This document shows, piece by piece, positions 1-8,905 of a DNA stretch of 64,000 nt. The notes under the pieces were generated by a model that saw nothing but the letters and a program-made list of their open reading frames with translations, was not told the origin of the DNA and searched no databases. The translations under genes were made by a program, and so were the position numbers. Each line of letters starts with the position of its first letter. The first letter of the stretch is position 1. The stretch is from an uncultured Bacillota bacterium (GTDB taxonomy: Bacteria > Bacillota > Clostridia > Christensenellales > UBA1242): positions 13,485 through 77,484 of the forward strand of contig CASFBF010000010.1 of assembly GCA_949292985.1 (NCBI GenBank), given 5' to 3'.

Positions 1-312
1 GCTGGTTGGCTTATAACTCCAATGATTTTCATCCATATCATAAAGTCTGCACAAAGGCTTGAACCCAGTTTTATAAAATCCTATGTCAGTAGAATGACGC
101 ATGCTTCTTTCAACCACAGAGCCATCAATTGAAAACTCTTTTCCAACCAAAGGATATAAATTTTTTGTAACTTTTCTTAAAAGCGAAGGGTCTTCAATCA
201 CCTTTAAAACACATTGTTGCAAACATCTAAAACCTTGTAAGTTTGCAGGCATACCTAATTCCAGCAAAAGTTTTGTTACTTCTTCCCTTGTAAAAACATC
301 AAAATCCGTCAT
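1..312 (-). CDS. Stand-alone Spo0A C-terminal (Spo0A_C-like) DNA-binding domain protein; 3' end runs off the window
   Basis: My own minus-strand translation from ATG 312..310, with GGAGG just upstream: MTDFDVFTREEVTKLLLELGMPANLQGFRCLQQCVLKVIEDPSLLRKVTKNLYPLVGKEFSIDGSVVERSMRHSTDIGFYKTGFKPLCRLYDMDENHWSYKPTS. It follows the Spo0A effector-domain pattern (G.PA...G...L....LL..vTK.LYP.......VER..RH....KPT). The frame is open to position 1, so it is absent from the supplied ORF track. Confidence 0.6.
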   Translation of the reverse strand, partial: MTDFDVFTREEVTKLLLELGMPANLQGFRCLQQCVLKVIEDPSLLRKVTKNLYPLVGKEFSIDGSVVERSMRHSTDIGFYKTGFKPLCRLYDMDENHWSYKPTS

Positions 313-333
313 ATTTCCTCCTTTCACAACCTG

Positions 334-361
334 ATTATACAAGATAACAAAAATATTACAA
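334..361 (-). promoter_or_regulatory. Candidate sigma-70 promoter for the Spo0A_C-like gene
   Basis: Minus-strand TTGTAA (361..356), 16-nt spacer, TATAAT (339..334), then an SD-led ATG at 312. Confidence 0.35.
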
Positions 362-466
362 AACAATTTTAAGTATTTTTGTAAAAAAATAATAAATTTT
401 TTACAAAATTATGTTTTTTCAGTAAAATAAGGACTTTTTTAGACAAAAATTGCTGAGAAACACTCA

Positions 467-561
467 CTCTGCGCTCGCTTTCCTGCGCAAAGCGCAGGAT
501 TTTTGTTTGCAGTCGCAAACAAAAAACCGACTTTTTTCAAAGTCGGTTTGCGAGCGCAGAG
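467..561. other. GC-rich nested inverted-repeat element (outer 12-bp stem enclosing three hairpins)
   Basis: Outer arms are CTCTGCGCTCGC (467..478) and GCGAGCGCAGAG (550..561). Inner hairpins are CCTGCGC/GCGCAGG (482..498), GTTTGC/GCAAAC (505..520) and AAACCGACTTT/AAAGTCGGTTT (524..549). The element is much more GC-rich than its flanks. Confidence 0.6.
519..549 (-). terminator. Rho-independent terminator after the vanW-like gene
   Basis: The minus strand reads AAACCGACTTTGAAAAAAGTCGGTTTTTTG, a hairpin plus T-run, 47 nt downstream of the stop at 596. Confidence 0.6.
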
Positions 562-595
562 AATCTTTATCCAGGCTATCACTCATAACTTAACA

Positions 596-2128
596 TTAAG
601 GGTTGTATGCTGACGGTCGTTGCTTTTCAATTTTGGCTCTAACTGTTTCGGTTGTGGTTGTTGTAACTTTTTGAGGTGGAATAAATTCCACATCATTTTC
701 GGGCAAAGTCATGCCCTCACCCAATTCTTCTGTTCCTTCAACAATCAAACCACCTTGTGGCCAATAATAATCATGCCTTATTTCTTTTTCTTCGACCAAT
801 TCACCGTTTTGCAAATATTGCACATAGCCTTTACTTTCATAACCCTCTCTTGGATACCTCACTCTGTAATATTCACCTTTATAAACTACATACGCAGAAT
901 ATTCACCATTAGTATCTTGAATAACCTTATCACCATTGTGTGGTAAAACTTTTATAAATTCTGCCCTTGTCTTAACGGTTTTACCTTCTTCAAAAGGTTG
1001 TCCATAAATTTCCACATAAACATTTTCATTGTCATAATATGTTTTGATATAAATCGGCGCTTCCAAAGAATTTCTAAAAACTAAATCCGAATAACCTTCT
1101 GAAACCATAGCATCAAACGAAAGAGGAACATAACTTGCAGGCAAAGAGTGGTGATTTGCTTCCAAAATTTCAATATCAGCCAACACCAAAGCATTGTATA
1201 GCGTGGTTGAGGCTTGGCAAACGCCACCACCTGTTCCTTTCACATATGCCCCATTTAATATAACATTTGCCTGTTTATAACCATTTTCGGCTGTTCTTGA
1301 ACCTGTGACATTGTTAAAACTCATTTCCTGCCCCGGCATCAAAACCTGACCATTAAAAGCAGTCAAAGCCCTTGCAACATTATTTTTTCGTGCATCAGAA
1401 GATGAAGCATAATTAGTTGAAAATGTTGAACGCAAAGTAATGGCATTTAAAATTTGCTCTTCATCTACTTCGAATGGAACTTCAATAACTGGAATTTCAA
1501 TTGTTGCTTCTTTATCTGTTTCCAATGCTTGATCGATTAGGGAGTATAATTTATCCCTATCAACAACGATTGCACTTTTGCCTTCGCTTAAAGAAAACAT
1601 TTTTTCAGCGCTTGGATCAAATATAACCTGAGGTGGTTCTCCTGGCTGTTCTATAACGGCCGCTATATCTTCAATTTTTTGTTCAATACCACCAAGCACA
1701 GTTTTATATGAAACTGAAACTGCCAACCCATTCTTTTTTATGTTATTTGTATCTTTAAATCGTTTGATAAAATTACCTTCATGCCCAACCTTTAAAACTT
1801 CGGTTAAAACCGGTTCAACTTCATTTGTCACTTCAAAATCATTTCCAGAAAAAGTCCATTTTTGGTCTTTGTAAGTAAGGGTTAATTTAATATCCGCCCT
1901 TGTTGACAATAAAGAATATGAAACAATATTTTCGGCTTGATTTCGTGTCATGCCTGAAACATCAATTCCGTTTATTGTTGTGCCTTTAATAAAAGTGTCG
2001 TTTGGGGAAAGATTATCAACAAAATAAAATTGACAAAAAAGTAGTAAAGCAACTGCAATGAATGCTACCGCTAGTCCCCAATATAAACCTGTTTTTTTAC
2101 TTTTTGTTTTTACTTTAACTTCGCTCAT
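596..2128 (-). CDS. VanW-family protein with N-terminal membrane anchor and G5-like C-terminal region
   Basis: 510-aa ORF with an N-terminal TM (LYWGLAVAFIAVALLLF). The core resembles VanW (…GGGVCQASTTLYNA…), and the C-terminus is G5-like (YRVRY…GYVQY…). Confidence 0.75.
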   Translation of the reverse strand: MSEVKVKTKSKKTGLYWGLAVAFIAVALLLFCQFYFVDNLSPNDTFIKGTTINGIDVSGMTRNQAENIVSYSLLSTRADIKLTLTYKDQKWTFSGNDFEVTNEVEPVLTEVLKVGHEGNFIKRFKDTNNIKKNGLAVSVSYKTVLGGIEQKIEDIAAVIEQPGEPPQVIFDPSAEKMFSLSEGKSAIVVDRDKLYSLIDQALETDKEATIEIPVIEVPFEVDEEQILNAITLRSTFSTNYASSSDARKNNVARALTAFNGQVLMPGQEMSFNNVTGSRTAENGYKQANVILNGAYVKGTGGGVCQASTTLYNALVLADIEILEANHHSLPASYVPLSFDAMVSEGYSDLVFRNSLEAPIYIKTYYDNENVYVEIYGQPFEEGKTVKTRAEFIKVLPHNGDKVIQDTNGEYSAYVVYKGEYYRVRYPREGYESKGYVQYLQNGELVEEKEIRHDYYWPQGGLIVEGTEELGEGMTLPENDVEFIPPQKVTTTTTETVRAKIEKQRPSAYNP

Positions 2129-2162
2129 GACCTTATTATGAGTAAAGTTTTAAAAAATATGT

Positions 2163-2190
2163 CGAAAAAAAACGCTTTCTAAAAAGCGTT
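2163..2190 (-). terminator. Rho-independent terminator immediately after cca
   Basis: Hairpin AACGCTTT/AAAGCGTT (2171..2190) abuts the cca stop codon and is followed on the minus strand by a T8 run. Confidence 0.6.
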
Positions 2191-3402
2191 TTAAAATTTA
2201 TGATAATGCTTTCTTCCAATATCCCTTAAAAGTTCAGAAAGTTCATTTTGACATTTGCCTTCAAACACATCACTAAGTGCTTCCATAAGCACGCTTTCAT
2301 AAAGTTTTTCAGGCATAGAAGGAAAATGTTTTTTTAAATCTTTTACAGTGATTTTTAAATCGCTGACCCTAATAACAAGTTTATGTGATATAATATATTT
2401 GTAAAAGAAATTATATTTTTGTGCTAAAATTTTAAATTTTTTATTTAAAAGTTTATAAATTTCAGGGAAATTATCAAAATATTTAAAGAAAAATTGTTTG
2501 TTTTTTAAATGATTTAAGGCGTCATAATATCCAGAAACTATGTTTATAAAAGTCGCCAAGCGCTTTTTAGGAACACCTGAATCTTGCAAAACATGATTTA
2601 AAAAGTAGGAAACACTTGCAGGCTTAACCGAATCAACTAAATCTATTGCGAATGCAAGAGTTTTGTCCTCACATTTTGCAATCATATTTGGTTTCACAAC
2701 TTCCAAATCAGGTTTTATTTGCTTCCATACCCCTAATTTATTGTATAAATTTATTGCTTTAACAGCGCCTTTATTAGAAGTTTTTGTAAACAATTTTTGA
2801 AGTTCTTCTGCCACTTTTGAAATGGTTAAATCTTTAATATTGGAAATGTTTTTCTGCGCATTTAGAAATGTTTGTTTCTCAATTGAAAAATTATATTCAC
2901 CCGCCAGACGAATCATACGCAAAATCCTAAGCCCGTCATCGTTCAGCACTTCACTGTTTATTGCGCGTATTTTTTTTCGTTTTAAATCTGACATGCCATC
3001 AAAAGGGTCTTTTATCTCGCCCTTATTGATATTGTAGTAAATGCTGTTAATAGTAAAATCACGCCTGTTAGCATCTTCGCTGAGATCTTTAACAAACTCC
3101 ACACTATCTGGACAATGCCCTCTTGAATAGGTTTCCTTTCTAAAAGTTGCATAGTCGAAACTTTTATTTCCACAAATTATTTTACAAGTTCCAAAAACTT
3201 TGTTTCTGTTTTTAATTGTAAACTCACTGCCAGCCAATTTTTTTTCAAGCGCTGACAAAGTCAATGCACTACACACATCTTCGTCTTCGCAATTTTTCCC
3301 TAACAATGAATTTCTAACATAACCGCCAACCAAATAAAAATCACCGCCAACAGTGCGGGCAAGTTTTTTTGCAACTGAACTTGGTTTTATTGAAATATTC
3401 AT
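2191..3402 (-). CDS. cca: CCA-adding enzyme / tRNA nucleotidyltransferase
   Basis: 403 aa with the nucleotidyltransferase motifs LVGGYVRN and RRDFTINSIYY. Confidence 0.8.
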   Translation of the reverse strand: MNISIKPSSVAKKLARTVGGDFYLVGGYVRNSLLGKNCEDEDVCSALTLSALEKKLAGSEFTIKNRNKVFGTCKIICGNKSFDYATFRKETYSRGHCPDSVEFVKDLSEDANRRDFTINSIYYNINKGEIKDPFDGMSDLKRKKIRAINSEVLNDDGLRILRMIRLAGEYNFSIEKQTFLNAQKNISNIKDLTISKVAEELQKLFTKTSNKGAVKAINLYNKLGVWKQIKPDLEVVKPNMIAKCEDKTLAFAIDLVDSVKPASVSYFLNHVLQDSGVPKKRLATFINIVSGYYDALNHLKNKQFFFKYFDNFPEIYKLLNKKFKILAQKYNFFYKYIISHKLVIRVSDLKITVKDLKKHFPSMPEKLYESVLMEALSDVFEGKCQNELSELLRDIGRKHYHKF

Positions 3403-3408
3403 AGTTTA

Positions 3409-3437
3409 ATCCTAAACTAATTACAATATTTTGTCAA
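3409..3437 (-). promoter_or_regulatory. Sigma-70 promoter placed for a leaderless cca mRNA
   Basis: Minus-strand TTGACA (3437..3432), 17 nt, TAGGAT (3414..3409), 6 nt, ATG (3402). No SD. Confidence 0.45.
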
Positions 3438-3452
3438 GCAAAGATAAATTAT

Positions 3453-3481
3453 TTGACAACAAAAATTGAATTTGTTAATAT
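3453..3481 (+). promoter_or_regulatory. Sigma-70 promoter placed for a leaderless or near-leaderless P-type ATPase mRNA
   Basis: TTGACA (3453..3458), 17 nt, TAATAT (3476..3481), 8 nt, ATG (3490). No SD. The track's TTG start at 3466 lies between the hexamers. Confidence 0.45.
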
Positions 3482-3489
3482 TTATTAAG

Positions 3490-5880
3490 ATGAAAAAAAA
3501 TGTAACGGAATTTGAACTTGTTCGTTATCAAACTCAAAAAGACTTTGGGCTTGACGCAAAACAAATTTCGGAAAGAATGGAACATAATTTAACGAACGAA
3601 GCAAAAGTAAAATCTACTCGTTCGTATCTTTCTATTTTTATAAAAAACATATGCACATATTTTAATTTGATATGGCTCATAATCGCAATTGCCCTCATTT
3701 GCGTTGGGTCATACAGTGATTTATTGTTTTTGCTGGTAATCTTTTGCAACACGGCAGTTGCCATAATTCAGGAATGCCGGGCAAAACACACAGTTGAAAA
3801 ACTTTCGCTTGTAACTCTGCCCCGTGTTAAAGTAATAAGAGAAGGCAACCAAATTGAATTACCTGCCGAACAACTTTTGCTTGATGATGTGATTATTTTG
3901 ACTAATGGCGAGCAAGTCCCCTCCGACTGTGTAATATTAGACGGAGAAATAGAAGTAAACGAAAGTCTGCTTACTGGCGAATCAAATGCAGTAAAAAAGA
4001 AGTGTGGCGACAATTTGCTTTCTGGAAGTTTTCTAGTTTCTGGCACATGCTACGCCCGCATAGAAAAAGTTGGAAAAGACAATTATATTCAAACCATTGC
4101 GGCCAGGGCCAAAGAATTTAAAGCCCCAGCATCCAACCTTTTCAAAGATATAAACAGCCTTATAAAGTATATAGGAATTTTGTTAATTCCGCTAGGCATA
4201 CTCACCTTTGTCAAAGAATTTGTATTCTTGCCAAACGGAATAAACGAAGCAATAACAAACACCGCTGGCGCTATAACAGGCATGATTCCAGCGGGCATGT
4301 TCCTTCTAATTACAATTTCGTTGTCGGTTGGAGTTGTGAAATTAGGGCGTAAAAAAACTCTTGTTAAAGATATCTATTCAATCGAAATGCTTGCACGAAG
4401 CAATGTGCTGTGTTTGGATAAAACAGGAACCATTACTGACGGAACAATGATGGTGAAAGATGTTATCTACACATCAAACCACAAGAAAAAAACTGTTGAT
4501 GGAATAATAAGCAACATTTTAGGAGCACAATCCTCCTCGAACGCAACAAGCAATGCAATGATAAAAAAGTTTGGGGTAAAAAATAATCTTAAAGTAAAAG
4601 AGAAAATTGAGTTCTCCTCGTCAAGAAAGTTTTCGGTAACAACTTTCAACAATAACAAAACATATTATCTTGGCGCACCAACTTTTGTAAAAGCGAAACT
4701 CACGGCTGAACAAAATGCAATTATGAATGAAAAATTACAACAAGGTTTCCGAGTTATTGCTTTAACAGAATGTGATAAGCCATATGATGAAGAAAAAGGC
4801 GCACAAGTTGGCGTAACCTTGGCACTGTTTGTTTTAGAAGACCACATCAGAGATGACGCAATAGAAACCATTCGTTGGTTTAAAGAAAATGAAGTTGAAA
4901 TAAAAATTATTTCGGGAGACGACCCAGTAACAGTTGCAAAAATTGCAGAACGAGTTGGCGTTGAAGGATATGATAAATATGTATCACTAGAAAATGTCAG
5001 CCTAGAAGAAGTTGAAAAAATGGCTTTACAGTTTACTGTTTTTGGCAGAGTTTCACCTGAACAAAAATATGCAATTGTAAAAACACTAAAAAAGAACGGC
5101 AAAGTTGTGGCAATGACTGGCGATGGTGTAAACGACACCCTTGCTTTAAAGGAAGCCGATTGTTCCATTGCTATGGCTGACGGTAGCGAAGTTGCAAGAA
5201 ATATATCTCACCTTGTTCTCTTAAACTCCAACTTTACTTCCCTACCAAGCGTTGTAAAAGAAGGCAGACAAGTTGTAAACAATGTGCAAAATTCTTCGGT
5301 TCTATACCTTATGAAAACGCTGTTCACAATCATAATGTGTTTAAGCACAATTATAATGGTTGTACCTTATCCGTTCGCACCAAGACAAATGTTCCTGTTG
5401 GAACTTCTTGTAATCGGTTTGCCATCGTTTATATTAACATTCCAACCTAACACCGAACTAATAAAAGGCAATTTTATACCGCAAGTTCTTAAAAAGTCTA
5501 TTCCAAGGGCGCTTCTAATGCTGGTTGCAGTGTTTGTTGTAATTTTCCTTGGGTCAGACCACTTCAACACATTAACTCAAACCGAATACAATACTTTAAT
5601 AACTTTAACCATAACTTTTACTGGATTTTTGAATTTGGCTTGGCTGTGCCAGCCACTTACAAAACTTAGGGCTATCACACTTGTGCTGTCATTTTCGCTG
5701 TTAGTTGGGGCTTGCCTGATTATGCCAGAGTTCTTCACAATGACAGATTTTAGTTTTGTTGTTATTATTACTTTCTTTGCAATTATGGCATGCGCAATTA
5801 TAGTTCTGCTTATCACCGCACTTTTTGCGGGAAAGATTAAATTTAAGTGGCCAAAAAAGAAAAATAAAACGCCTGAATAG
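3490..5880 (+). CDS. Cation-transporting P-type ATPase (P2/Ca-Mg type)
   Basis: Carries the phosphorylation motif CLDKTGTIT, the TGES loop (LTGESNAV), the hinge MTGDGVNDTLALKEAD and about 10 TM segments. ATG 3490 is preferred over the track start at 3466. Confidence 0.85.
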   Translation: MKKNVTEFELVRYQTQKDFGLDAKQISERMEHNLTNEAKVKSTRSYLSIFIKNICTYFNLIWLIIAIALICVGSYSDLLFLLVIFCNTAVAIIQECRAKHTVEKLSLVTLPRVKVIREGNQIELPAEQLLLDDVIILTNGEQVPSDCVILDGEIEVNESLLTGESNAVKKKCGDNLLSGSFLVSGTCYARIEKVGKDNYIQTIAARAKEFKAPASNLFKDINSLIKYIGILLIPLGILTFVKEFVFLPNGINEAITNTAGAITGMIPAGMFLLITISLSVGVVKLGRKKTLVKDIYSIEMLARSNVLCLDKTGTITDGTMMVKDVIYTSNHKKKTVDGIISNILGAQSSSNATSNAMIKKFGVKNNLKVKEKIEFSSSRKFSVTTFNNNKTYYLGAPTFVKAKLTAEQNAIMNEKLQQGFRVIALTECDKPYDEEKGAQVGVTLALFVLEDHIRDDAIETIRWFKENEVEIKIISGDDPVTVAKIAERVGVEGYDKYVSLENVSLEEVEKMALQFTVFGRVSPEQKYAIVKTLKKNGKVVAMTGDGVNDTLALKEADCSIAMADGSEVARNISHLVLLNSNFTSLPSVVKEGRQVVNNVQNSSVLYLMKTLFTIIMCLSTIIMVVPYPFAPRQMFLLELLVIGLPSFILTFQPNTELIKGNFIPQVLKKSIPRALLMLVAVFVVIFLGSDHFNTLTQTEYNTLITLTITFTGFLNLAWLCQPLTKLRAITLVLSFSLLVGACLIMPEFFTMTDFSFVVIITFFAIMACAIIVLLITALFAGKIKFKWPKKKNKTPE

Positions 5881-5890
5881 GCGTTTTTTT
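5867..5890 (+). terminator. Rho-independent terminator overlapping the ATPase stop codon
   Basis: AAACGCC-TGAATA-GGCGTTT followed by a T-run. It sits between convergent genes. Confidence 0.7.
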
Positions 5891-5908
5891 AATGCAATTT
5901 ATAATTGT

Positions 5909-6559
5909 TTAATAAGTTTTATAATTTGCAAGTTTATCATAAAGGCTATATGTGTTCGCTTTTTGCGTTACTTTTAACGCATAAGTTGTTGCATTATCTG
6001 CATCGCTATATTTTACCCCTACATACATATCCAAATTTACTAACTCATCTGTTTGAGAAATTGCAAAATATAAAGAAGTAAATGTAAGAGATGCGCCATT
6101 ATAAATTGATTTATACTCAGTTCCGTCGTTATAGGTCAATGTTTGTGGATTTTCATATTTAAACTCAACATAATAACCAGATTTTAATTCACTTAAAACA
6201 TTACTTAATATCAAACTTTCAGATTGCCCTGAAATTTTATAATCCCCTAATCTGCCACTAAATAATGCTACTAAATAAGAAGTTTCAAACACATCTGCAA
6301 AATCTTCCATAAATTCTGAGTATTTTGCTTGGTCATCGTCAAACTCGCCGTAAATTTGTGATTGATTATAAATAGTAACTCTGCTTGGGCTTCCTATTAA
6401 ATATGGTTTTAAGTTAACAGGAACACATGCACCAACAATAATTAACACAACTAATGCCAACACTAAACCCAGCAAAGAAAGAGCAATAATTTTATTTTTC
6501 TTTTTCTTTCTTAACGCAACTTCATGGTCAAGCATAAATTCTTCATTTGGCATAATCAT
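5909..6559 (-). CDS. Hypothetical single-pass membrane protein, translationally coupled to ftsH
   Basis: 216 aa with a K-rich N-terminus, one TM (IIALSLLGLVLALVVLIIVGA) and an extracytoplasmic domain. Its ATG overlaps the ftsH TGA (ATGA, 6556..6559). Confidence 0.6.
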   Translation of the reverse strand: MIMPNEEFMLDHEVALRKKKKNKIIALSLLGLVLALVVLIIVGACVPVNLKPYLIGSPSRVTIYNQSQIYGEFDDDQAKYSEFMEDFADVFETSYLVALFSGRLGDYKISGQSESLILSNVLSELKSGYYVEFKYENPQTLTYNDGTEYKSIYNGASLTFTSLYFAISQTDELVNLDMYVGVKYSDADNATTYALKVTQKANTYSLYDKLANYKTY

Positions 6560-8781
6560 TCTCCTTTGTTGTCGTTTTTATCTTCCTCTTTTTCTACTTT
6601 TTTAGTTTTGGAAGCAGTTTTAGACTTTATCCTTGTTGGTTTTTTCTCTGTTTCCTCTGCTTTTTCTACAACTGTTTCAGTCTCTTTTGTTTGTTTAGGT
6701 TGAGCAGATTTGTTTAACTGTGCTTGGTATTCATCAACAATCATTTGATATTCATCTTTTGTTATAATGCCATTGTCAAGCAATTTTTTGCCTTCTGTAA
6801 CCTTATTTTTATATTCTTCCAATTTTTTTACTTGAAGTTGTTTTTCACGAATTTTTGCTTCTTTTGCTTTTTGAGCCTTTTCTTTTTTCTCCATAAATTT
6901 AACAATTTCTTCTGTTGTTTTTCCTTGCATAATCATGTCAACTTCTTCTTTGTAAATGGTTTCTCTTTCAATTAAAAGTTTAGCCATTTCTTCCAACAGA
7001 TTTTTGTTATCTTTAAGCAATTTTTTTGCTCTGTCATAGTTGTATGAAAGGATTTCTCTTACTTCATCATCTGCCTCAGCAGCAAGTTTTTCGGAAAAAT
7101 CATTTTTAGTTTGGTAATCTCTGCCCACAAAAATAGTTTCCTGTGATGAAAGTGAAACAAAACCAAGTTTCTTGCTCATACCCCAATCAAAAACCATTTT
7201 ATGTGCAATTTTTGTAGCCTGCTGAATATCACTAGAAGCGCCTGTTGTGATTTCACCAAATATCAACTCCTCTGCAATTCTGCCACCCATACTCATGGCG
7301 ATTTCATCCATAAGTTTGTTGTAACTTGCAAAAGAATCGTCATTTTCAGGCCTGCTCATAGTGTAGCCACCAGCCATTCCACGAGGAATAATTGAAACCT
7401 CTTGAACATCATCACAATTTTTGAGTAATTTTGCCAGCATTGCATGGCCAGATTCGTGGTAAGCGGTAATTTTTTTATCTTTTTCTGTTACAAGCCTGCT
7501 CTTCTTTTGTGGGCCCATAATAACTTTGTTTATACCCTCGGTTATATCTGTCATGATAATGGTTGGTCTGTTTGCTCTTGCTGCCAAAATTGCGGCTTCG
7601 TTAAGCATATTTTCAATGTCTGCGCCTGTAAAGCCTGCTGTGATTCTTGCAAGCGTTTTAAAATCAACACTTTCATCAATTGGCTTGTTTCTTGCATGGA
7701 TTTTTAATATACCTTCTCTGCCCCTTACATCTGGCACATGAACATAAATTTGCCTATCAAATCTGCCCGGTCTAAGTAATGCAGGATCTAAAACATCACT
7801 TCTATTCGTTGCTGCCAAAACAATAATTCCTTCGTTTGGTTCAAAACCGTCCATTTCAACCAAAAGTTGATTTAATGTTTGTTCTCTTTCGTCATTGCCT
7901 CCGCCTAAACCTGCTCCACGCTGACGACCAACAGCATCTATTTCATCAATAAAAACAATGCAAGGTTTATTTTTCTTTGCTTGTTCAAACAAATCTCTAA
8001 CCCTTGATGCACCAACACCTACAAACATTTCAACAAAGTCTGAGCCTGAAATAGAGATGAATGGAACATTGCTTTCACCTGCAACCGCTCTTGCAAGCAA
8101 AGTTTTTCCTGTTCCAGGATTTCCTACAAGCAAAATGCCTTTTGGAATTCTAGCACCAAGATCTGTGAATTTTTTAGGATTTTTCAAGAATTCAACAACT
8201 TCTTCAAGTTCTGCTTTTTCTTCGTCTGCACCTGCTATATCCGCAAACTTAACTTTTGTTGAAGCATAAGCCTTAGCCCTTGATTTGCCAAAACTCATTG
8301 CCCCCCTGTTAGAGCCTATCATCATTTTGTATAAAGCCCAAACCATAACTCCGCCAAAAACTATTATAAGCAGTGTTGGCAAAAGTGATAAAAACCAGTT
8401 GTCGCTAGGTCTATTGGTGTCATAGGATATGTTTGCCCCACCCTCATTAGCGGCATCAATTTTTTCAATAATACGATTTATATCATTTGAAGATGAATAT
8501 TCGAAATAATAGTCGGAATTATTTGGGAAACTATCTGCAAAATCGCTTCCTTCAACTAAAATATAACCAATTCCATCATAATAATAAAACCTTGCCATCT
8601 TAATATTTTGAGGGCCTGTTTCGCTTTCGCTATAAGTTCCTGAAATAAAAGCATCTACATCACTCAGTTCAACTCGCTTGCCAGGATTTGAAGTGTCAAC
8701 AAACAAAAAGCAAACAAGCAAAACTAAAAGCAATAAAATTATTAAATACGAAAACTTAAATCCGCCTTTTTTTTCTTCCAA
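6556..8781 (-). CDS. ftsH: ATP-dependent zinc metalloprotease FtsH with SHOCT-like, K/E-rich C-terminal extension
   Basis: AAA Walker A GNPGTGKT, Walker [13 protein letters not shown], and Zn site HESGHA. The likely start is TTG at 8781, preceded by GGAGGT; the track start at 8850 has no SD. Confidence 0.9.
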   Translation of the reverse strand: MEEKKGGFKFSYLIILLLLVLLVCFLFVDTSNPGKRVELSDVDAFISGTYSESETGPQNIKMARFYYYDGIGYILVEGSDFADSFPNNSDYYFEYSSSNDINRIIEKIDAANEGGANISYDTNRPSDNWFLSLLPTLLIIVFGGVMVWALYKMMIGSNRGAMSFGKSRAKAYASTKVKFADIAGADEEKAELEEVVEFLKNPKKFTDLGARIPKGILLVGNPGTGKTLLARAVAGESNVPFISISGSDFVEMFVGVGASRVRDLFEQAKKNKPCIVFIDEIDAVGRQRGAGLGGGNDEREQTLNQLLVEMDGFEPNEGIIVLAATNRSDVLDPALLRPGRFDRQIYVHVPDVRGREGILKIHARNKPIDESVDFKTLARITAGFTGADIENMLNEAAILAARANRPTIIMTDITEGINKVIMGPQKKSRLVTEKDKKITAYHESGHAMLAKLLKNCDDVQEVSIIPRGMAGGYTMSRPENDDSFASYNKLMDEIAMSMGGRIAEELIFGEITTGASSDIQQATKIAHKMVFDWGMSKKLGFVSLSSQETIFVGRDYQTKNDFSEKLAAEADDEVREILSYNYDRAKKLLKDNKNLLEEMAKLLIERETIYKEEVDMIMQGKTTEEIVKFMEKKEKAQKAKEAKIREKQLQVKKLEEYKNKVTEGKKLLDNGIITKDEYQMIVDEYQAQLNKSAQPKQTKETETVVEKAEETEKKPTRIKSKTASKTKKVEKEEDKNDNKGE

Positions 8782-8905
8782 GTTTTTTACCTCCAAGATA
8801 TAGCATATTTTATCACAACAAAAATTTTTTTCCAACCAAATTAAATACAATACATATAACTATATATCTTTTCTTACCTTATTTTGACAAATTTTAGATG
8901 CAAGT

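Noticed and set aside
101-334. 77-aa plus-strand ORF
   Set aside because: It is antisense to the well-supported Spo0A_C-like frame, which has a GGAGG SD and strong family motifs. It shows no SD or recognisable motifs itself.
3534-5816. Minus-strand ORFs inside the P-type ATPase gene (for example 4665..5168, 167 aa) and plus-strand ORFs inside rnr (for example 23431..23925, 164 aa)
   Set aside because: They are antisense frames of confidently identified genes, with S/T/P-rich low-complexity products.
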